Shown piece by piece: positions 1-8,376 of a DNA stretch of 32,000 nucleotides (its first letter is position 1; each line of letters begins with the position of its first letter). The stretch comes from Candidatus Electronema halotolerans (GTDB taxonomy: Bacteria; Desulfobacterota; Desulfobulbia; Desulfobulbales; Desulfobulbaceae). The notes under the pieces are model-generated. The model searched no databases, had not been told where the DNA came from, and worked only from the letters and a program-made list of their open reading frames with translations. Location of the stretch: positions 510,001 to 542,000 of the forward strand of contig OW818675.1 of assembly GCA_942493095.1 (NCBI GenBank), read 5' to 3'. The translations under genes and the position numbers were made by a program.

Positions 1-776
1 CTTTCATCCGAAAGCTTATCCTGCCAGAGCGATTTGGGATCGTGATTGACAATCAAGGCAAGCGAAGCAAGCGCGCTGCCGCCGGTTGCCAAAAGACAGG
101 TGGCAGTGAAGTGAAACTCGCCAGCTTGGCGCGGGGTGCCGCTGAGGCATTGGGCTTCTTTGTCATAAGCAAGGCCAAGCTCGGCAAGCTGCTTTGTCTC
201 TTCAATCCGGGTGATTTTGCATGAGGGCGCACCCTCCGCAGCAATCTTTTCCGAATAAAAGGCATTGACCATTGCATTAGGAACTCTGAGGACAATTGTC
301 TGATCATGAGGAGGCTTCATAGGTGTTTTCTGCAAGTTTATATGGCTTTTAGCTGCCGGACTTGGTTCTTCGTCAGAGGGGGCTGTCACAATATTTTTTT
401 CAGCATCGTTCTCGGCAAGGTGTTCAACAGGAGCTTCTTCGCAAGGCATCGCCGCCGCAATCTTGCTCTCTGTCTCAGAAACAGCATTTTCAGCAGGAGG
501 CAATGGTTTTTCCTTGCTCAGATTGATACGTGCTGGCGCAGGGCTGGCATCTTCCTGTTGATCTGCCGACTCGGCATCGACAGACTCTGCATCCTTTTCT
601 CTCCAAACAGACCATTTTTGCCGCAGTTCTTCTGAAAAAGATTGGAGACGGGCAAGCACATCCGTCTCAAGAAGAAACTGTTGCAGTTCATTTTTTGAGG
701 GCTGCTCGTCGTGAAGAGAGAACAGCAGTCGGCAGACCACCTGAAGTGTCGCCTTTTCTTCAGTCATATCTTTCAT
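1..776 (-). CDS. hypothetical protein, first 258 codons only (ORF continues past the window start)
   Basis: Absent from the ORF track because it has no in-window stop. I checked every minus-strand codon in the frame of the ATG at 776-774 down to position 3 and found no stop. The sequence is MKDMTEEKATLQVV..., then an acidic/Pro-rich linker, then an Ig-like 'LSGTPRQAGEFHFT' segment. The family call is by eye only. Confidence 0.6.
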   Translation of the reverse strand, partial: MKDMTEEKATLQVVCRLLFSLHDEQPSKNELQQFLLETDVLARLQSFSEELRQKWSVWREKDAESVDAESADQQEDASPAPARINLSKEKPLPPAENAVSETESKIAAAMPCEEAPVEHLAENDAEKNIVTAPSDEEPSPAAKSHINLQKTPMKPPHDQTIVLRVPNAMVNAFYSEKIAAEGAPSCKITRIEETKQLAELGLAYDKEAQCLSGTPRQAGEFHFTATCLLATGGSALASLALIVNHDPKSLWQDKLSDE

Positions 777-840
777 GCAACCCGCCTCATTTTTTAAAAA
801 ATGTCATAGCTGTCATTCCCAAAAAAACATCTGGCTGCTC

Positions 841-870
841 TTGCCATTTTCTTTGCTTCTCCTGTATAAT
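841..870 (+). promoter_or_regulatory. sigma-70-type promoter candidate for the lipoprotein gene
   Basis: TTGCCA (841-846), 18 nt spacer, TATAAT (865-870), ending 28 nt upstream of the ATG at 899. Confidence 0.35.
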
Positions 871-898
871 ACAAGTAAACCAACAAGGGAGAATAACA

Positions 899-1180
899 AT
901 GAAGATAGCATATTTTTTCGCCTCCGTCTCGATTGCGGCCATTCTTTCCGCCTGTGTCGGACCAGGCACAGGGCCTTATGGCACCTATACAGCGGCTGAC
1001 CGGTATCGGGATCAGACCAACACTGCCATTGCCATTGGCGCGACAGCCATCGGTGCAACCGTGATTGGCGCGTCTCTCTACAATGCCGGACGACATGATG
1101 GCAGAAGGGAAGTCTATCGACCGCCAGCACCACCTCCTCCAGCAGCATACAGACCGCCGTTGCAGCCGAGGTTCAGATAA
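899..1180 (+). CDS. small lipoprotein with glycine-zipper repeat and Pro-rich tail
   Basis: Internal ATG of track ORF 530..1180, preceded by AAGGGAG. MKIAYFFASVSIAAILSAC has a lipobox (LSAC). AIAIGATAIGATVIGAS is a glycine zipper and PPAPPPPAAYRPP is the Pro-rich tail. Confidence 0.7.
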   Translation: MKIAYFFASVSIAAILSACVGPGTGPYGTYTAADRYRDQTNTAIAIGATAIGATVIGASLYNAGRHDGRREVYRPPAPPPPAAYRPPLQPRFR

Positions 1181-1184
1181 GCAC

Positions 1185-1225
1185 AACAGGAAGCAGGCAT
1201 GCGGCAGGGTGTCCTGCTTCCTGTT
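1185..1225. terminator. perfect 13-bp hairpin between convergent genes (possible bidirectional terminator)
   Basis: AACAGGAAGCAGG (1185-1197) pairs with CCTGCTTCCTGTT (1213-1225) around a 15-nt loop. There is no clear U-tract. Confidence 0.45.
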
Positions 1226-1277
1226 GCGTCAGTGCCCTCAAGCCCGCTCTCTCTGGCAAAAGGCTGATCTTTTTCGA

Positions 1278-1913
1278 TCAGTTCCGCAGCGCGGAATGCG
1301 TTGCAATCAGCCCATCTGCGCCGCAGTCCTCCTCTCCCCGCAACACAACAATCTCCTTGCAGAACTTGGCCACCTCCAGCAGATTGTGCGAAATGCAGAT
1401 GAACAGCTTGTCCGGGAACAGCCGCTTGAGTTGCAGGATGATGCTTTCGCGCAGCTTCTCATAGACATTGGCAAGGCTCTCATCCATGATCAGCAGGTCA
1501 AAGTCCTGCAACAGATAGCGCAGCAGGTTGATGCGGTTGCGCTGGCCCAAGGAAAGCTGGGAGAACGTGGCCCGCATCAGTCCGCTGAGGCCGAACAGCT
1601 CTGTCAGTTCACGGCGCAGCCCGCCCTTGCCCGGCGGTGAGACCGCGTCCAGATGCTCTGCCAGCCGTGTCCAGCCCGGCAGCCGCTCCAAGTTGTGCGT
1701 GTAGAGAATTGTGCTGATGCCTTCTGGCCGCAATTCTCCGGCAGCAGGGGCAAGGCTGCCTGCCAGGATGCGGGCCAGCGAGCTTTTCCCAACCCCGGAC
1801 GGGCCGAAGACCGCGTTGAAGCCCGGCCCGACCAGCCTGAAGCTCAGTTTATCCAAGACCTTGGCTTGGCTGTTTGGATACATGAAACAGAGATTACTGC
1901 ATTGCAGAAACAT
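1278..1913 (-). CDS. ABC-type ATP-binding protein with no permease or binding-protein gene nearby
   Basis: Walker A GPSGVGKSS, signature-like LSLGQRNR, Walker B LLIMDE, H-loop ISHN. GAGGAG RBS lies 7 nt before the ATG. Confidence 0.85.
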   Translation of the reverse strand: MFLQCSNLCFMYPNSQAKVLDKLSFRLVGPGFNAVFGPSGVGKSSLARILAGSLAPAAGELRPEGISTILYTHNLERLPGWTRLAEHLDAVSPPGKGGLRRELTELFGLSGLMRATFSQLSLGQRNRINLLRYLLQDFDLLIMDESLANVYEKLRESIILQLKRLFPDKLFICISHNLLEVAKFCKEIVVLRGEEDCGADGLIATHSALRN

Positions 1914-1968
1914 GATCGCTCCTCAGCAAAGAACAGAACTGGAGGCAGATGAATAGAGCCAGCGGAAC

Positions 1969-3315
1969 TCAGCTCAATGACAGGCTGTTGAGCAGCCCAA
2001 GCAGGCCGTTCTGCTGGAAGAGAAGAACAGCCCTGTCTGCCGGAGAGCGGCGGTCGGCAAGCCGTTCCCGTAAAGGGTTCAGAAAGGTTTCCTCGCCCAC
2101 GGCGCGTTGACGCAGACCGTTTGCCGCAATTTCCAGCAGTTCCGCCAGCAGGGGCAGGACTGACTCGCCCTGCATCCGAGCGGAAAAACCTTGGTTCAGA
2201 GCATCAGTGCGGAGCAGCCGCCAGTCCTGCCAAGAAAAACGATTGAGCAGCCGTTCCGCCGCCGTGAGATTTTCGATCAATCCCAGCACCAAAGCCTGCG
2301 AGCAGAGGCTTTCTCCGGGCGGCTGCTGGCAGCAGACGCGGGCCTCGACCGTTCCGAATTTAGGAGCCAGCCGTCCGTTGAACCATGCATACCCGGCCTG
2401 ATTGACAATGTCCTCCAAAGCAGGAACAAGAGTGCGGGACTCGCCGCTGACACTTCTGCCGTCAACAGATTCAGCGGCAAAAAAATCGAAAAAACTGCCT
2501 GTAACAGGCAAAGCAAACGATTGGCCATTACGTTCAACAGTCTGCATTTTGAAAGCGCAGAGCTGCCGAACATAGTCTTTTATGTCGGTAAATTGCGCCG
2601 CCATGCCGATCTGCTCCTCACGATTTGGAAAGCACTGGCCCCAGAGCAGCTCCCGCATCGCTCCTGACCTGCCGTCAACATTGCCCTGCCAGATCGGCGA
2701 ATTGGCATGAAGAATGATGAACAGCCCGGCCAAGCCGTTGAGCACATTGACCACCCTGACCGCCTCAGCACGGCTGACATCAACATGGGTCTGGCTGGAG
2801 GCGGTGATGCCGAGGAAATCGCTGTCATACCCGTGCTCAGGGCTGACAAAGCGGTTGGCGGACCAATCTTTGAAGAACAGATAGCGGCTCTTGGGCGTGA
2901 TCAGCCGTCTGTGCGGCGGAGAAAGCGGCTGGATGCCGTAACCCAAGATCAGCGCGTCCTGTTCGGCAAAATATTGCGAAAGCGGCCGCAGCAGGCTGGT
3001 CAGGGAGCGGTTCAGGGCAAAGAGGTCTTTTGCTGGAGCCGGAGCTATTTCAATGGTGCTGTAACCAAGGTCTGTGCAGATGATGTCGCCAGCCCGTTCC
3101 GCATAGACAATTTTGCCGCTGTCCGCATCCTTTTTCAAAGCAAAGCCTTGCTGCTCCAAAAGCGCATACATCTGGCTGATGACCGGATAGGCGACCGCTT
3201 CGCCGTTGCTGCTGACCACGGGAAATTCACCTTCCATGCCCACCCAACGCGGCTTGTCCGGGCTGTGGGTGAAATTCCGCGCAAAGATGCTGACAAGGGC
3301 GGCCAGACGGCTCAT
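1969..3315 (-). CDS. glutamate--cysteine ligase family (GCS2 / carboxylate-amine ligase) protein
   Basis: 448 aa. The motifs GMEGEF, TIEIAP, QTHVDV, ANSP and EARVCCQQP fit my memory of the GCS2/YbdK/EgtA-type fold. A GGAGAG RBS precedes the start. Confidence 0.7.
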   Translation of the reverse strand: MSRLAALVSIFARNFTHSPDKPRWVGMEGEFPVVSSNGEAVAYPVISQMYALLEQQGFALKKDADSGKIVYAERAGDIICTDLGYSTIEIAPAPAKDLFALNRSLTSLLRPLSQYFAEQDALILGYGIQPLSPPHRRLITPKSRYLFFKDWSANRFVSPEHGYDSDFLGITASSQTHVDVSRAEAVRVVNVLNGLAGLFIILHANSPIWQGNVDGRSGAMRELLWGQCFPNREEQIGMAAQFTDIKDYVRQLCAFKMQTVERNGQSFALPVTGSFFDFFAAESVDGRSVSGESRTLVPALEDIVNQAGYAWFNGRLAPKFGTVEARVCCQQPPGESLCSQALVLGLIENLTAAERLLNRFSWQDWRLLRTDALNQGFSARMQGESVLPLLAELLEIAANGLRQRAVGEETFLNPLRERLADRRSPADRAVLLFQQNGLLGLLNSLSLS

Positions 3316-3363
3316 GATTTCGGCTCTCCGATAATTTCCGGGGTTGTAATTCCAGTGCTTTTG

Positions 3364-3549
3364 GTGAATTCAAGTTCCAAGTGCAACTTTTTTTGGTTGC
3401 AAGAAAAGGCAGTTACGGGAGTGTCACAACTTTGCTTTTGTCGCTAACTAAGAGAAAATAATTGAAAATTTACATGAAGTATTCAAAGTGCCAGCCAACC
3501 TATGCTTTTTGGATAACCAAAAAAAGTTGCACTTGCGAGTTGAATCCAC
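3364..3549. repeat. MITE-like element with 35-nt terminal inverted repeats around a 116-nt AT-rich core
   Basis: Arm 3364-3398 is GTGAATTCAAGTTCCAAGTGCAACTTTTTTTGGTT. The reverse complement of 3515-3549 is GTGGATTCAACTCGCAAGTGCAACTTTTTTTGGTT, matching 31 of 35. It sits in a low-GC 373-nt gap inside an otherwise compact gene string. Confidence 0.55.
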
Positions 3550-3688
3550 AACTCACTTTACGGAGTAGTTATCTCAGTAATGCTAACCAATCGGTATCAC
3601 ATAATTTTCGAGACAGCAACACTCAACAGGGGCACCACCCGATTTTGTCAACCACAGAAAAACTCGGAGAGCCATGATTTCTCCTTAC

Positions 3689-4978
3689 TTAGTCAGGGGG
3701 CAGAAGAAGAACCGGAGAAAAACCATATCCCGGCTTGTTGTTGTCACCGAAATGGATGCGCGCTTCTGGCTGGCCGCCAGTTGTCCGGCGGAAATGACCG
3801 ATGCGGGCCATTGGCACGGCGATCAGTTCCTGCTCAGACTGGCTGAACATCAGGCGCAGCTCAATGATTTTTTCCTGTCCGTCATCAGTGCGGAAGGTTG
3901 CAAACCGCACTTTGCGCTGGGCAATGTATTGATCCAAGAGCTGGTCGGCTTGCAGCGCGGTCAATATTTTTTGTGACGGCGAGAGAATCAATTCCCGGCC
4001 TGCTGCGCCCAGTTTGTGCTTCCAGACATAATCAGCAAAGGCCAGCCTGCCCTTGGCGAAATCTTCTGCGGCTTCGGCCAGTTCCACACTCTCCGGGTTG
4101 AGCGGATGCTGGACATGGACAAGCTGCTGCTTGGCGCAGGTCAGCGATCTGGCCGGATGATTGCAATAGCGCAGTCCTTCATAATATTGGTCATAGCGAA
4201 AACGCCATTTTTCTACATTGTGTGGATAGTTATCATCAAAAATGGCTTCCAAGGCCAGCACCCGGTTGTAGAGCTGCTGCACTTTTTTTGTTCTGCCAGT
4301 TGCTGTTTTGTACAGCAGCTCACCGTTGCAGGCGAACAGGTCAGCAGCATCTATAATTTCAATGCCAAGATTGATATCCTGCCGGGTGGCATGAAACTCA
4401 AAATTGGTTTTCTGCTCGCGCACCTGCCGATCAATGAGGATGTTGCCGTCCGGGCTGTCGCCGACCAGAATTTCCCGCATCAGCCTGATGAAGTCAGCAC
4501 GCTCCGGCTGCTCTGTGCCGGTGCCAAGAAAGATGCTGCTTTCCGGCAGACAGGCTTCCCGCAGCAGGCCGCTTAGATGCGCTGCTGTGACCGGATAGGT
4601 CGGCACAGCCTGACATTCGATCAGCCGCAGCCCTTCTGTAGTGACTGCCGCGTCGAGGTGAAAAAAGGCCGCTCCACCCTTCTGCTCCAGCGGCGAGAGA
4701 TTGGCCTGCGGCGGGAGAAAGCCGTCCGGCACAGGCAGGAATGCGCTCTGTTCCGTCATCTGCGCCAAAAGCTGCCTGCCGAGCAGAAACAACTCTTGGG
4801 CAAGATCGTGCCGCAGAACGACAAAATACTCAGCCAGCCGCATCTTTCCGCCGTTTTCCGCGCCGTTGCGGAACTGACAGCAGTCTTGCAGCCAGCGTTC
4901 CATTTCCTTGTACAGGCTGGACGGAATTTTTTCAAGGGCGGCACCGGATGCGCTCTCAATGTGGGCTGTGCAACACAT
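3689..4978 (-). CDS. glutathionylspermidine-synthase-like (pre-ATP-grasp) amide ligase
   Basis: 429 aa. 'FFHLDAAVTTEGLRLIECQAVPTYPV' resembles the RFDF...KLLEYNADTPT core of GspS-type ligases. The start codon is uncertain because there is no clear SD at 4978. Confidence 0.55.
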   Translation of the reverse strand: MCCTAHIESASGAALEKIPSSLYKEMERWLQDCCQFRNGAENGGKMRLAEYFVVLRHDLAQELFLLGRQLLAQMTEQSAFLPVPDGFLPPQANLSPLEQKGGAAFFHLDAAVTTEGLRLIECQAVPTYPVTAAHLSGLLREACLPESSIFLGTGTEQPERADFIRLMREILVGDSPDGNILIDRQVREQKTNFEFHATRQDINLGIEIIDAADLFACNGELLYKTATGRTKKVQQLYNRVLALEAIFDDNYPHNVEKWRFRYDQYYEGLRYCNHPARSLTCAKQQLVHVQHPLNPESVELAEAAEDFAKGRLAFADYVWKHKLGAAGRELILSPSQKILTALQADQLLDQYIAQRKVRFATFRTDDGQEKIIELRLMFSQSEQELIAVPMARIGHFRRTTGGQPEARIHFGDNNKPGYGFSPVLLLPPD

Positions 4979-5055
4979 TTTCTGTAATTTTAAAAAGTTG
5001 TCTATTCTTCTTCAGCATGGTGGAGAGGCATTCATACCTGTCGGCATGATTCACC

Positions 5056-5131
5056 TCGGATAGATGAACAGCAGATTTCCGCACTCCAAAAATATGATCG
5101 CTCCTCAGCAAAGAACAGGGCTGGAGACGCT
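5056..5131 (-). pseudogene. degenerate copy of the RBS plus first ~15 codons of the ABC ATPase gene
   Basis: Aligns with 1874-1949, including a 26-nt identical core ATGATCGCTCCTCAGCAAAGAACAG. On the minus strand it reads GAGGAGCGATCATA TTT TTG GAG TGC GGA AAT CTG CTG TTC ATC TAT CCG AGG TGA, i.e. (I)FLECGNLLFIYPR*, against MFLQCSNLCFMYPNS in the real gene. The ATG has become ATA and there is an early stop. Confidence 0.5.
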
Positions 5132-5254
5132 TTTTCTTGCGGGCATTGATGCGGGATTGTATCTTCTTGGACGGGCAATGAACTTTGCTCAGTCCGTCTG
5201 TTACGGGCCGCAACCTGAACCTACCTGAAGACTGCTGCGGAGTCGAGAGAAAAA

Positions 5255-6256
5255 ATGCTCATCCTCGCCCTTGAAAGTTCCTGCGATGACACGGCGGCGG
5301 CAGTGCTGGCAGACGACCGGCAGGTGCTGGCCAACGTGATCAGCAGTCAGTTTGCCGTGCATGAAAAATACGGCGGCGTGGTTCCTGAACTGGCCTCGCG
5401 CTGCCATATTGAAGCGGTCTGGCCAGTGGCGCAGGAGGCCTTGGACAAGGCCGGAGTCAGCTTGACCGAGATCGGCCTGATTGCCGCCACCCAAGGGCCG
5501 GGACTGGTCGGCTGCCTGCTGGTCGGCTTCACCTTTGCCAAGTCCTTAGCCTTGGTGCGGCAGATACCCTGCGTGGGCGTGGATCATTTAGCCGGACACC
5601 TGTTAGCCATTCTTTTGGAAGATAAGAAACCAGAATTTCCCTACACCGCCTTGGTGGCATCCGGCGGCACCACCTCGCTCTTTGCGGTCAGCAGCCCGAC
5701 TGAATTCCGCCTGCTGGGCCGCACCCGCGACGATGCGGCAGGCGAGGCCTTTGACAAGACTGCCAAACTGCTCGGCTTGGGCTGTCCGGGCGGCCCGGCA
5801 GTGAGCAGGCTGGCTGAACAGGGCCGAGCTGATGCCTTTGCCTTTCCCCGCGCCCTGTCTGACGGCAGCGTGGATTTCAGCTTCAGCGGCCTGAAAACAG
5901 CAGTGGTCAATCAAGTCAACCAGTTCCGCCAAGCACATCAGCCTGTGCCGGTTGCAGACATCTGCGCTTCGTTTGAGCAGGCGGTTGCCGATGTTTTAGT
6001 GGATAAAACCATGCTTGCGGCAAGACGCTGCGGCTGCAGCCGGATTGCCCTTGGCGGCGGCGTGGCAGCCAACCGCAGGCTGAGAAAACTCATGGCCGCC
6101 CGCTGTGCCGAGGCAGGCTTGGCCTGCTTCCTGCCCTCGCCAATTTTTTGCACCGACAACGCAGCCATGATCGGCCTGGCCGGCTTTCATCAGTTTGCCG
6201 CTGGCAGGACGGTCGGCCCGGATGCGGACGCATTTTCCCGTTCGCCGCTCAATTGA
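5255..6256 (+). CDS. tsaD: tRNA N6-adenosine threonylcarbamoyltransferase
   Basis: MLILALESSCDDTAAAV N-terminus, GPGLVGCLLVG, VDHLAGH metal-binding motif, GGVAAN. Length of 333 aa is typical. Confidence 0.95.
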   Translation: MLILALESSCDDTAAAVLADDRQVLANVISSQFAVHEKYGGVVPELASRCHIEAVWPVAQEALDKAGVSLTEIGLIAATQGPGLVGCLLVGFTFAKSLALVRQIPCVGVDHLAGHLLAILLEDKKPEFPYTALVASGGTTSLFAVSSPTEFRLLGRTRDDAAGEAFDKTAKLLGLGCPGGPAVSRLAEQGRADAFAFPRALSDGSVDFSFSGLKTAVVNQVNQFRQAHQPVPVADICASFEQAVADVLVDKTMLAARRCGCSRIALGGGVAANRRLRKLMAARCAEAGLACFLPSPIFCTDNAAMIGLAGFHQFAAGRTVGPDADAFSRSPLN

Positions 6257-6258
6257 CC

Positions 6259-6813
6259 ATGTTCCGCAAGCTGTCCCGTCTGCCACGATACTATCTGCTC
6301 CGCGTCAAGCGGCTGAAGGGCGATCCTGAATATTTAGCCCGTGGCTTTGCCTTTGGCGTGTTCATGGGAGTCCTGCCCTTGGTGCCGGTGCAGACCATCA
6401 TCCTCGTGCCGCTGACCATCCTTTTCCGGGTCAGCACCATTGCCGCCCTGATTGCCGGGACCTTGGTCAGCAATCCCCTGACCTTCATGCCCCAGTATTA
6501 TCTGACCTGGAAGATCGGCAACGCGATCGTGCCGGGCGAAGTCTCGTGGGAGCAGCTCAATGCGGTGCTGCACGAGGTGGCCCGCTTCATGGCTGAGGAA
6601 AGCCTGCTGCGCGGCATTGCTGACAGCCTGACTGCAATCAGCCGACTCGGTCTCAACACAGTTGCTGTTCTGCTCACTGGCGGGGCCATCATCGGCATTC
6701 CTGCCGGTCTGATCAGCTACTGCTTTGCCCGCAAATTCTTTTATGCTGTCCGCGAGCGGCGGCTGAAACGCCAGCGTCTGCTCATAGACAGACCCAGAAA
6801 GCAAGACAACTGA
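6259..6813 (+). CDS. DUF2062 family membrane protein (copy 1)
   Basis: In-frame ATG 3 nt after the tsaD stop. YYLLRVKRLKGDPEYLARGFAFGVFMGVLPLVPVQT followed by TM segments. 184 aa. Confidence 0.8.
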   Translation: MFRKLSRLPRYYLLRVKRLKGDPEYLARGFAFGVFMGVLPLVPVQTIILVPLTILFRVSTIAALIAGTLVSNPLTFMPQYYLTWKIGNAIVPGEVSWEQLNAVLHEVARFMAEESLLRGIADSLTAISRLGLNTVAVLLTGGAIIGIPAGLISYCFARKFFYAVRERRLKRQRLLIDRPRKQDN

Positions 6814-6817
6814 CTGT

Positions 6818-7372
6818 ATGGAAACTGTGCTCCGAACTGCCCTGCGCCTGCCGCGTCTGCCACGGTATTATTTTCTCCGGGTCAAGCGGATGAAAGGCGA
6901 CCCGGAATATTTAGCCCGCAGCTTCGCCTTTGGCGTGTTCATGGGAGTGCTGCCGCTGATGCCGGTGCAGACCATCATTCTGGTTCCGCTGACCATCCTC
7001 CTCCGGGTCAGCACCATCACCGCCATGCTGGCCGGATATGTGGTCAGCAATCCGTTGACCTTTGTCCCCCAGTATTATAGCTGCTGGAAATTAGGCAATG
7101 CCATCCTGCCAAGCTGGGTGAGCTGGGAGCAGATTCACGCCGCCTTGCAGATCATCATCAATCCAGCGCCACAGTCAGACCTGTTCCAGAGCACCATGCA
7201 CGGTTTGACCGCTCTGAGCAAGCTCGGCTTCAAGGCCATAGCCGTGATGGAAACCGGCGGCACGATCATCGGCCTGCCCATCGCCATTGTCAGCTATTTT
7301 CTTGCCCTCAGATTCTTTTTGACCGTCCGGCAGAAGCGGGCGGTCAAGCATCGTTTGGATAATCGCCGCTGA
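6818..7372 (+). CDS. DUF2062 family membrane protein (copy 2, tandem paralogue)
   Basis: YYFLRVKRMKGDPEYLARSFAFGVFMGVLPLMPVQT. Also 184 aa and collinear with copy 1. Confidence 0.8.
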   Translation: METVLRTALRLPRLPRYYFLRVKRMKGDPEYLARSFAFGVFMGVLPLMPVQTIILVPLTILLRVSTITAMLAGYVVSNPLTFVPQYYSCWKLGNAILPSWVSWEQIHAALQIIINPAPQSDLFQSTMHGLTALSKLGFKAIAVMETGGTIIGLPIAIVSYFLALRFFLTVRQKRAVKHRLDNRR

Positions 7373-8256
7373 TGTTTTACCAGAAAAGCAGGGCCGTGCT
7401 GCGGCAGCAAGGCTTGGCCGCCTCGAAAAAGCTGGGCCAGAACTTCTTGGTTCATCAGCAGACAGCGGAACAGATTGCTGATCTGGCGGGCCTGAGCAAA
7501 GAAGACACGGTTGTTGAGGTGGGAGTCGGTCTTGGCGCTCTGACTGCGCCTTTGGCAGAGGCTGCCGGGCAGGTGATCGGCCTGGAAGCTGATTCCGGCA
7601 TTGTCCGCCTGCATGAGGAGCAGCAGGATTTGCCTGCCAATGTCCGCCTCCTGCATCAGGACGTGCTCAAAGCGGATTTCCGCGCTTTGGCGGCAGAGTT
7701 TGGCCGCCTGAAAATTGTCGCCAATCTGCCCTATTCCATTTCCTCGCCCTTTCTCTTCAAGCTGATTGACGCTCCAGAGGCGATAGACTTTGCCGTGGTC
7801 ATGCTGCAAAAAGAGCTGGCCCAACGGCTGCTGGCCCAGCCCAACAGCAAGAAATACGGCGTGCCCACAGTGCTGCTGACTGCCTGCGCTGATGTTGAGC
7901 TGCTGCTGGAGCTTGGGCCAGAAGAATTCCATCCCCGGCCCAAGGTGGATTCGCTGCTTCTGCGCCTCATCTTCCAGCCGGTGCCGGAGCGGGTGCGCCA
8001 GCTTGGTGGTTTTGACCGGTCTTTGCTCAAGGGCCTTGTCAGCGCGGCCTTTGGCCAGCGGCGCAAGACCCTGAGCAACAGTTTGACTGCTGCCGGGCTG
8101 CTGCCAAAAAAGGTCTTGCTTGACTGCCTTGCCGCTGCGGCACTTTCTCCCTCAGCACGGGCCGAGCAGCTCAGTCTGGAGGATTTTGTCCGGCTGGCCC
8201 GGCAAATTCAAGAAATTTCAGGAGATGACAACGGCCTGAGCAACGCCGCTGGCTGA
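7372..8256 (+). CDS. rsmA: 16S rRNA (adenine1518/1519-N6)-dimethyltransferase
   Basis: LGQNFLV, VVEVGVGLGALT SAM motif, VANLPY motif. Its start overlaps the upstream stop (TGATG). Confidence 0.95.
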   Translation: MFYQKSRAVLRQQGLAASKKLGQNFLVHQQTAEQIADLAGLSKEDTVVEVGVGLGALTAPLAEAAGQVIGLEADSGIVRLHEEQQDLPANVRLLHQDVLKADFRALAAEFGRLKIVANLPYSISSPFLFKLIDAPEAIDFAVVMLQKELAQRLLAQPNSKKYGVPTVLLTACADVELLLELGPEEFHPRPKVDSLLLRLIFQPVPERVRQLGGFDRSLLKGLVSAAFGQRRKTLSNSLTAAGLLPKKVLLDCLAAAALSPSARAEQLSLEDFVRLARQIQEISGDDNGLSNAAG

Positions 8257-8278
8257 TGTCGGGCCGGTTTAATGGCAC

Positions 8279-8312
8279 GTGGATTCAAGTTCCATTTGCA
8301 ACTTGAATCCAC
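8279..8312. repeat. palindromic element related to the termini of the 3364-3549 element; possible rsmA terminator
   Basis: GTGGATTCAAGTT (8279-8291), loop CCATTTGC, AACTTGAATCCAC (8300-8312). The first 25 nt match 3364-3388 at 22 of 25. Confidence 0.6.
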
Positions 8313-8376
8313 GGCAGCGCGATATTGTGCATGGCATCGTGAACGAGTTATAAAGCCAACTGCGTAACTCCTATTT

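Noticed and set aside
530-1180. 216-aa version of the lipoprotein ORF
   Set aside because: Its upstream 123 codons are antisense to the verified open frame 1..776. The signal peptide, RBS and promoter all point to the internal ATG at 899.
3674-3976. 100-aa plus-strand ORF with a GGAGAG-ATG start
   Set aside because: It is antisense to the 3' end of the ATP-grasp gene. The sequence is basic and low-complexity. The RBS-like string is probably part of a short repeat (TCGGAGAGCC) also seen at the GCS2 gene start.
8273-8290. TGGCAC-N5 sigma-54-like -24 box upstream of the membrane glycosyltransferase gene
   Set aside because: The -12 position reads TTCAA rather than TTGC, and the string is part of the palindromic repeat element.
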